From positions 1,249 to 65,248 of the forward strand of contig JBJXFH010000124.1 of NCBI GenBank assembly GCA_046155365.1: 64,000 nt of DNA. Reading direction: 5' to 3'. Below, piece after piece: positions 55,085 to 64,000 of this stretch. Positions within the stretch are counted from its first letter, which is position 1. Each line of letters starts with the position of its first letter. The stretch comes from Acidimicrobiales bacterium. GTDB taxonomy: Bacteria; Actinomycetota; Acidimicrobiia; Acidimicrobiales; CAIXPF01. Below the pieces are notes generated by a model, which was not told the origin of the DNA, made no database searches, and saw nothing but the letters and a program-made list of their open reading frames with translations. The position numbers and the translations under genes are program-made.

Positions 55085-56788
55085 TCAGCTGGCGCCGCGT
55101 TGCAACAGCACCGACGGCAGGGTCTTGGTGAGGATGGTGAGGTCGGTCACCAAAGACCAGTTGTCCACGTAGTACAGGTCCAAGCGGCTGTACTCCTCGA
55201 AGGTGGTGTCGGAGCGTCCGCTCACTTGCCACATGCCGGTGATGCCGGGCTGGACCCGAAGTCGATCGCGCAGATCTTCCGACCAGAGAATCGCCTCATC
55301 CGGCAGCGCCGGCCGGGGGCCGACCAGGCTCATCTCGCCCCGCAGCACGTTCCACAGCTGCGGCAGCTCGTCAACAGAGCTGGAGCGCAGGAGCTTTCCG
55401 ACGCGGGTTACCCGAGGGTCGTTCTTGATCTTGAACAGGGGCCCATCCGCCTCGTTCAGGGACGCCAACGTGTGCCGCAGTTCGTGGGCGTTGGGCACCA
55501 TCGTGCGGAACTTGATGACATCGAACAACCGGCCGTTGCGTCCCACCCGGGTCTGCCGGAAGAAGATCGGGCCCTTCGAATCCAAGCGAATCAGCACGCA
55601 CACCGCCAGCAGCGGTAACGCCAACGTCACCAGTCCCACTGCGGCGGCGGTGAAGTCGAAGGCCCGTTTGGCCAACGACCGCCAGCCGGATTGGTGGAAG
55701 GCCTGCAGGTACATCACGGGGAACCGGCCCAGCGGGCGAATGGACAATCGCTCCACGGCGATATCGGGCAGCGTGGGCGAGATCTCCACGTTGATCCCGG
55801 CGTTCAGCAACCGGCGGATCAAACTCGACGTGTGGGCCACATCCACCGCGGAGGCGGCGATCATCACGCTGAGCACCCGACGGCGAGTGAGCACTTCCAC
55901 CGCGTCATCGATGTGGCCCAGCACCTCACCGGGTCGGGCCGACTGGCGGTTGGGTTCAACCACCACATAGCCGGCGAAGGCGTATCCCAGCTCGGGTGAG
56001 GCGTCGAACATGCGGCGCAGTTCGGCACCCTCGGCGTTGTCCCCGATGATGGCCACGGACCGCAGACGGTGGCCCCGACGACGAAGCGCACCGAAGGTCA
56101 GTCGGACGATCTCTCGCTCAACGGTGAGCAACACCACCCCCAGCAGAAAGGCGAACACCACGAAGTCCCGCTGGATGTCGATGCGCCGCCACAGGTCCGA
56201 GATGACCAGCAGCGAGGCCGATCCGAGGGCTCCGGCGATGCTCACCCGGCGGAACTCCTGGGACCGGGTGGCGATAAAGCGGGTTTGGTACGCCCGCACC
56301 TGCACCAGGGCGAACAACCACACCGGCAATGACCACAGGGCGGTGAGGAGGGTAACCTGTTGCTGCTCGGCGTTGGCGAACTCCCCAGTGGAGCGCGACA
56401 GCTGCAGGGCCAGACCCAACGCCACCGCCAATGTCACGGCGTCCGCGGCCACGACCGTCAACTTGGAGACCCGCGGGCTGAACAACGTTGACAGCGGCCC
56501 CCGAGGTTTGGTGCCCGGCGCTACCTGTTCAACGGTTGTGGTGGCGGGACCGGTGAGTGCGCTGTATCGGCCCGCCGACACTGGGTCACTGTGCCCTGGT
56601 CGGGAAGAATTCTGTCCGAGCGAAGCTTTTCGCCGGGTATGCCGGGTTCGCAGTTCCTGCATGGTTCTCGCGCTCTCACCAATCCGCTCGTCGTCCAGCT
56701 GGACCCGGCGCTTCGGTTTCCGCTGAGGGGGAATAGACCCGCCTCTCACGGTCAGGTACCCGTGACCTCCCCCGGTCCGGGTGCCCAC
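55085..56788 (-). CDS. exopolysaccharide polyprenyl glycosylphosphotransferase (WbaP/bacterial sugar transferase family)
   Basis: C-terminal KFRTM...GPLFKIKNDPRVTRVGKLLRSSSVDELPQLWNVLRGEMSLVGPRP. N-terminal TM segments. The start is uncertain, and the internal Met at 56662 is possible. Confidence 0.8.
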   Translation of the reverse strand: MGTRTGGGHGYLTVRGGSIPPQRKPKRRVQLDDERIGESARTMQELRTRHTRRKASLGQNSSRPGHSDPVSAGRYSALTGPATTTVEQVAPGTKPRGPLSTLFSPRVSKLTVVAADAVTLAVALGLALQLSRSTGEFANAEQQQVTLLTALWSLPVWLFALVQVRAYQTRFIATRSQEFRRVSIAGALGSASLLVISDLWRRIDIQRDFVVFAFLLGVVLLTVEREIVRLTFGALRRRGHRLRSVAIIGDNAEGAELRRMFDASPELGYAFAGYVVVEPNRQSARPGEVLGHIDDAVEVLTRRRVLSVMIAASAVDVAHTSSLIRRLLNAGINVEISPTLPDIAVERLSIRPLGRFPVMYLQAFHQSGWRSLAKRAFDFTAAAVGLVTLALPLLAVCVLIRLDSKGPIFFRQTRVGRNGRLFDVIKFRTMVPNAHELRHTLASLNEADGPLFKIKNDPRVTRVGKLLRSSSVDELPQLWNVLRGEMSLVGPRPALPDEAILWSEDLRDRLRVQPGITGMWQVSGRSDTTFEEYSRLDLYYVDNWSLVTDLTILTKTLPSVLLQRGAS

Positions 56789-57206
56789 CGACGCACTGTT
56801 GTCACGCTGGACGTTTGGTTACCCCAAAGACCATATGCCCCAACTTGGTGAGCCGGACGTCTTTGGCTGATGGCGATTCGGTGACAGACAGTCTCCCCTC
56901 GATTGACGAAGCGAATCTGTGCGCCCGATGCTCACCAGGTGTCACGTTCGGAAGGGCAGTTGCCACCCTGGGTGATCCTGACGGGGTTAGGTTAATTTCC
57001 GGCCAACGTTTGAGGTGGACCGCTCCCTCGCCGTGGCGTCACCGACGCTCATCGGATTGGGTGATTGCATCATCATTCTTACAGGGGTCGGCGTCCCGGC
57101 GGCGAACGGCGGCTTTTGCTCCGGCTCATGGGCTGGACTAAGTTGCCGGCCGTTCGGCGCAAGGTCGTGGCCCGAAGTCCCCTAGATCCCCCTGGAACCC
57201 CTCCGC

Positions 57207-57500
57207 GTGAAACGAAAGCTCCGTCAGCCCCTGCCTGTGGGCGCCAACAGTCAGCAGCATGGCTTTGGCGATGGCATGGCCGCAGCATTCGAGTTGGTCA
57301 TGACGCCCGCCCTTTTTGGGTTCGTGGGCTACCTCTTGGATCGGGCCCTCGGCATCGTGCCCTTGTTCACCCTGGTCTTGTCGATCTCCGTGCTTGTCTA
57401 TGAGTTGTGGAAGCTCTGGACCGCGTACTTGAGCGAATCCGATGCTGAACTGGAGCGCTGGCGTGCGGCCCGCAATCACACAGGGTCCACCCGTGGCTGA
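57207..57500 (+). CDS. AtpZ/AtpI-family small membrane protein (putative F0F1 assembly/ion protein)
   Basis: Two TM helices: AAAFELVMTPALFGFVGYLLDRALGIVPLFTLVLSISVLVYELW. It lies directly upstream of the atp operon. The start is uncertain (GTG 57207 or ATG 57276). Confidence 0.6.
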   Translation: MKRKLRQPLPVGANSQQHGFGDGMAAAFELVMTPALFGFVGYLLDRALGIVPLFTLVLSISVLVYELWKLWTAYLSESDAELERWRAARNHTGSTRG

Positions 57501-58029
57501 CCTGGCCCACGCCACCGGGACCGATGCCGCCGGCGCTGACACCGCTGCGGTGTCCTCGCCTGAACCGGAACGGGTGTTGGCGTTGGATCTGAGCCGCCGG
57601 GCCTTGATCGTGGCGCCGCTGTTCCTCCTGCTGGGTCTGGCCCTGTGGGGGGTGGACGGTTTGTTGTCCACCTTGTTCGCGCTGGTCTTGGTGGTGGTCA
57701 ATTTCCTGGTCGCCGCGGGCCTGTCGGCTCGGGCGGCGCGGGTCTCTCTCCACGCCCTCATGGCCGCCGTGCTGGTGGGCTACCCGTTGCGGTTGGCGCT
57801 CATCGCCGCGGCAACCTTTGCCGTACGCAACGCCGGCTGGTTCGAGCCGCTGCCGTGGGGCCTGACCCTGATCGCGGCCCATCTCGGGCTGCTGGTTTGG
57901 GAAGCCACGCGGGTTTCGGCCACGCTGGCACACCCGACGTTGCGCCCCCGGGCCTCTCAAACCGCTGGGCAGCAAGCACATTCCGTTAGTTCCCCGCCCG
58001 CCAAGACCCGATCCGCGAAGGGGTTGTAG
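57493..58029 (+). CDS. atpI: ATP synthase protein I-like membrane protein
   Basis: About four hydrophobic segments (LIVAPLFLLLGLALWG, LFALVLVVVNFLVAAGL, LMAAVLVGYPLRLALIAAA, LTLIAAHLGLLVW). Position immediately before atpB. GTG 57493 is proposed. The ORF maximum starts at 57442. Confidence 0.55.
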   Translation: MADLAHATGTDAAGADTAAVSSPEPERVLALDLSRRALIVAPLFLLLGLALWGVDGLLSTLFALVLVVVNFLVAAGLSARAARVSLHALMAAVLVGYPLRLALIAAATFAVRNAGWFEPLPWGLTLIAAHLGLLVWEATRVSATLAHPTLRPRASQTAGQQAHSVSSPPAKTRSAKGL

Positions 58030-58034
58030 TCACC

Positions 58035-59061
<1,027 letters not shown>

Positions 59062-59074
59062 GCGGGGTTCGCCA

Positions 59075-59770
59075 ATGAACATGCGTACCGCGGCTGCTGC
59101 CGCACTGCTGACGGCCGGCATCATCGGGTTCACGCCCATGGTGGCTGGTGCCGCCGGGGAGTCCGTGGGTGGTTGCGTGTTGGAACTGGTGCACGCCGCC
59201 GAAGAAGAGGGCTTGGAGGAGGCGGCGCTGGCCGAGCGACTCGACGGCTCCATCGACGAGTGCCAAGCGTCGCCGAACCCCATCCTTCCCGCCACCGACG
59301 AGATCATCTGGGGCGGCGCGGCATTCCTCGTCCTCCTGGTCGCCATGTACAAGTGGGGGATCCCGGCCCTCAAGAAGGCCATGGAGGCTCGGACCGAGAA
59401 GATCCGCAGCGACCTCGCCGCCGCTGAGGGCGCACGCCGCTCCGCCGAAGAGGCCCAGGCCGCGGTGGAAGCCCAACTGCGTGACGCTCGGGCCGAAGCC
59501 GCTCGAATCATCGACGCCGCCCGTGGTCAGGCCGATGTGGTTCGGGCTGACCTCCAACAACGGGCTGAGTCCGATATCGCCGAGTTGCGGGCCCGTGCCG
59601 ACAGCGAGGTCCAGACTGCTCGGGCCGCTGCTCAAGACGACGTGCGCCGTGAGGTTGCCGCGCTCGCCATCGGTGCCGCCGAGGTGGTCGTCGGCAGCCA
59701 GTTGGAGAACCGGCTGACGCAGATTCAGCTGATCGAGGACTACATCAACCAGGTCGGCACGCCGCGCTGA
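59075..59770 (+). CDS. atpF: F0F1 ATP synthase subunit b (with ~70-aa N-terminal extension if ATG 59075 is used)
   Basis: NPILPATDEIIWGGAAFLVLLVAMYKWGIPALKKAMEARTEKIRSDL then a long Ala/Arg/Glu-rich helix. Confidence 0.8.
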   Translation: MNMRTAAAAALLTAGIIGFTPMVAGAAGESVGGCVLELVHAAEEEGLEEAALAERLDGSIDECQASPNPILPATDEIIWGGAAFLVLLVAMYKWGIPALKKAMEARTEKIRSDLAAAEGARRSAEEAQAAVEAQLRDARAEAARIIDAARGQADVVRADLQQRAESDIAELRARADSEVQTARAAAQDDVRREVAALAIGAAEVVVGSQLENRLTQIQLIEDYINQVGTPR

Positions 59771-59813
59771 GCGGTCGGCCTCTGACGAGAAGCGCTGCAA
59801 GGAAGCCTTGAAG

Positions 59814-60341
59814 ATGGCCGACAATCGAACGAACGCCTACGCCCGAGCCATGCTCGATGTCGCCGTGGCCGAGGGCAACCTGGCCGTGGTCGAGGACGAG
59901 CTCTATCAGTTCGCCCGGGCCCTGGAACGCTCCGACGAGCTGTTCGAGAAGCTGGCTGACCCCGCCCTGCCGGCAGGGTTGCGCCAGCAGATCGTCGAGG
60001 ACCTGCTGAAGGGCAAGGCCAGTAACACCACGGTGGCGCTGGTCTCCATGGTGGTCACCGCCGGACGGGGCAAGGACCTGCCGGCCATGGTGGACGCCAT
60101 GGTCCAGACCAGTGCCGCGGAGCGCAACCGGTCCGTGGCCGAGGTGCGCACCGCCGTACCGCTGACCGCAGATCAGCAGACCCGCCTGGCGGCGGCCTTG
60201 AGTGCCGCCACCGGCCGTGAAGTGGAGTTGAGGACCACGGTTGATCCGAGCGTTCTGGGCGGCGTGCACGCCCAGGTCGGTGATGTCGTGATCGACGGGA
60301 CAGTGCGCCGCCGGATCGCCCAGCTGCGCCAGGTGATCTGA
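59814..60341 (+). CDS. atpH: F0F1 ATP synthase subunit delta
   Basis: [25 protein letters not shown]...[27 protein letters not shown] 59808 is an alternative start. Confidence 0.8.
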   Translation: MADNRTNAYARAMLDVAVAEGNLAVVEDELYQFARALERSDELFEKLADPALPAGLRQQIVEDLLKGKASNTTVALVSMVVTAGRGKDLPAMVDAMVQTSAAERNRSVAEVRTAVPLTADQQTRLAAALSAATGREVELRTTVDPSVLGGVHAQVGDVVIDGTVRRRIAQLRQVI

Positions 60342-60361
60342 GGAACGGGTACGCGACTGAC

Positions 60362-61984
60362 ATGGCAGAGCTGACGATCAACACCGCGGACATCGCCGCC
60401 GCGCTGCGCAAAAACCTCGAGGGCTTCTCCCCAACCCTTGAGCAGACCACCGTGGGCCGGGTCATTGAAGTGGGCGACGGTATCGCCCGGGTGTCCGGCC
60501 TGCCCGGCGCCACCGTCAACGAGCTGTTGGAGTTCGAAGACGGGACGCTTGGTCTGGCCCTGAACCTCGACGAAGAGTCCATCGGTGCGGTGGTGCTCGG
60601 TGAGGTCAGCCACATCGATGAGGGCCAGGCGGTCAAGTCCACCGGGCGCATCCTGGACGTCCCCGTCGGTGACGGCCTGCTGGGCCGCGTGGTCAACGCC
60701 CTCGGCGCCCCCATCGACGGGAAGGGTCCGCTCTCCAACGTGATCCGCCGGCGCATGGAGATCCAGGCCCCGGGCATCACCGGACGTAAGCCGGTGCACG
60801 AGCCGATGCAGACCGGCATCAAGGCCATCGACGCCCTCATCCCGGTGGGTCGGGGTCAGCGGGAGCTGATCATCGGTGACCGCAAGACCGGCAAGACCAC
60901 GATCGCCATCGACACCATCATCAACCAGCGCGGCCTGGGGGTGAACTGCATCTATGTGGCCATCGGGCAGAAGGCTTCCACCGTGGCCCAGACCGTGGCC
61001 ACCCTTCAAGAGCACGGCGCCATGGATTACACGGTGGTTGTGGTGGCCCCGGCCTCTGATCCTGCACCGTTCAAGTACCTGGCCCCCTACGCCGGTTGCG
61101 CCATGGGTCAGCACTGGATGGACAACGGCGGTCACGCCCTGGCGGTGTACGACGACTTGTCCAAGCAGGCCGAGGCCTACCGTCAGGTATCGCTGCTGCT
61201 GCGCCGTCCGCCGGGCCGTGAGGCATATCCCGGTGACGTGTTCTACCTCCACTCCCGCCTGCTGGAGCGTGCGGCCAAGCTGTCCGATGATCGTGGTGCA
61301 GGCTCGCTCACGGCGCTGCCCATCATCGAGACCAAGGCCGGGGACGTGTCGGCGTACATCCCCACCAACGTGATCTCCATCACCGACGGTCAGATCTACC
61401 TCCAGGACGACCTGTTCAAATCCGGTATCCGGCCTGCGGTGGACGTGGGTATCTCGGTTTCCCGGGTGGGCTCCGCGGCGCAGATCAAGGCCATGAAGAC
61501 CGCCACCGGTACCCTCAAGTCGGACCTGCAGCAGTTCCGTGAGCTACAGGCCTTCGCGGCGTTCGGATCCGATCTCGACGCCGTGTCCAAGGCGCAGCTC
61601 GACCGTGGTAACCGGCTCACCGAGCTGCTCAAGCAAGGCCTCAACAGCCCGCTGCCGGTGCAGGAGCAGGTGGTGGTGATTTTCGCCGGTACCCGTGGCT
61701 ACCTGGACCGGATCGAGATACCCGACGTACGCCGCTTCGAGGACGAACTGCTCGACTGGTTCCGCTCCCGCAATGGGGACATGCTCGACGCCATCCGCAC
61801 CAAAGGGGACATCGCCGACGTGGCCGCCTTTGAGCAGGCGGTAAAGGACTTCGCCGAGCAGTTCCAGGTCAGCGTGGTGGGCGCGGGTCCCGAGCCGGAG
61901 GCCCAGCCGCAAGGTGCAGCCGCCAGCCGGATGGTCGACACCGATCACACGCTGCCCGAAGAAGACATCGAGCGCGACCACTGA
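60362..61984 (+). CDS. atpA: F0F1 ATP synthase subunit alpha
   Basis: [18 protein letters not shown] (Walker A), [42 protein letters not shown]. Confidence 0.95.
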   Translation: MAELTINTADIAAALRKNLEGFSPTLEQTTVGRVIEVGDGIARVSGLPGATVNELLEFEDGTLGLALNLDEESIGAVVLGEVSHIDEGQAVKSTGRILDVPVGDGLLGRVVNALGAPIDGKGPLSNVIRRRMEIQAPGITGRKPVHEPMQTGIKAIDALIPVGRGQRELIIGDRKTGKTTIAIDTIINQRGLGVNCIYVAIGQKASTVAQTVATLQEHGAMDYTVVVVAPASDPAPFKYLAPYAGCAMGQHWMDNGGHALAVYDDLSKQAEAYRQVSLLLRRPPGREAYPGDVFYLHSRLLERAAKLSDDRGAGSLTALPIIETKAGDVSAYIPTNVISITDGQIYLQDDLFKSGIRPAVDVGISVSRVGSAAQIKAMKTATGTLKSDLQQFRELQAFAAFGSDLDAVSKAQLDRGNRLTELLKQGLNSPLPVQEQVVVIFAGTRGYLDRIEIPDVRRFEDELLDWFRSRNGDMLDAIRTKGDIADVAAFEQAVKDFAEQFQVSVVGAGPEPEAQPQGAAASRMVDTDHTLPEEDIERDH

Positions 61985-62013
61985 TGCCGTGTCAACTGAT
62001 GGGGGTCTGATCG

Positions 62014-64000
<1,987 letters not shown>

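Overview
High-GC, densely coding chromosomal segment with actinobacterial-type gene order. I found no rRNA, CRISPR array, transposase or integrase. Because of the GC content, nearly every real gene has a long antisense or off-frame shadow ORF in the supplied track. I chose between them using recognisable motifs, start and stop coupling, and neighbourhood. Layout: (1) 1-3108, minus strand, a fused indolepyruvate/2-oxoacid:ferredoxin oxidoreductase that runs off the window. (2) 3217-4758, a mycofactocin-type RiPP core, mftA-mftB-mftC. mftA is a 39-codon gene hidden in the tail of a 1056-aa shadow ORF. A secreted multi-repeat protein follows, then a translationally coupled pair of FadH/OYE-type flavin/Fe-S oxidoreductases, a small helical protein with half a ferritin-like motif, and a PhyH-family dioxygenase. 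No mftD/E/F/G/R candidate is visible anywhere in the 64 kb. (3) 12.1-23.3 kb, a glycan locus with a WbpB/WbpE/WbpD-like diacetamido-sugar triad, a second aminotransferase plus an SDR epimerase/dehydratase, a flippase, one GT4 and three paralogous GT2s. (4) 23.2-33.9 kb, a catabolic patch: MBL hydrolase, SDR, Rieske oxygenase alpha/beta, family III CoA-transferase, PNPOx-like protein, LLM-type oxidoreductase and two amidohydrolases. (5) A Ser/Thr kinase with a PKD ectodomain, an FAD oxidoreductase, an IlvD-family dehydratase, tRNA-Arg(CCG) and a crotonase. (6) 40.9-64 kb, the conserved actinobacterial block argS-lysA-hom-thrC-(thrB slot)-rho-(rpmE slot)-prfA-prmC-wecA-atpIBEFHAGD. It has three deviations. 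The thrB slot holds an ApgM-family protein. The rpmE slot holds an uncharacterised 357-aa protein overlap-coupled to both rho and prfA. An opposite-strand polyprenyl-phosphate sugar transferase is wedged before the atp operon. Short tandem repeats with 9-, 18- and 24-bp periods occur in three intergenic spacers and one CDS, and two of them carry G-quadruplex-type G3 tracts. The best candidates for something new are the stripped-down mftABC locus with its OYE pair and downstream genes, and the rho-prfA-embedded unknown protein.
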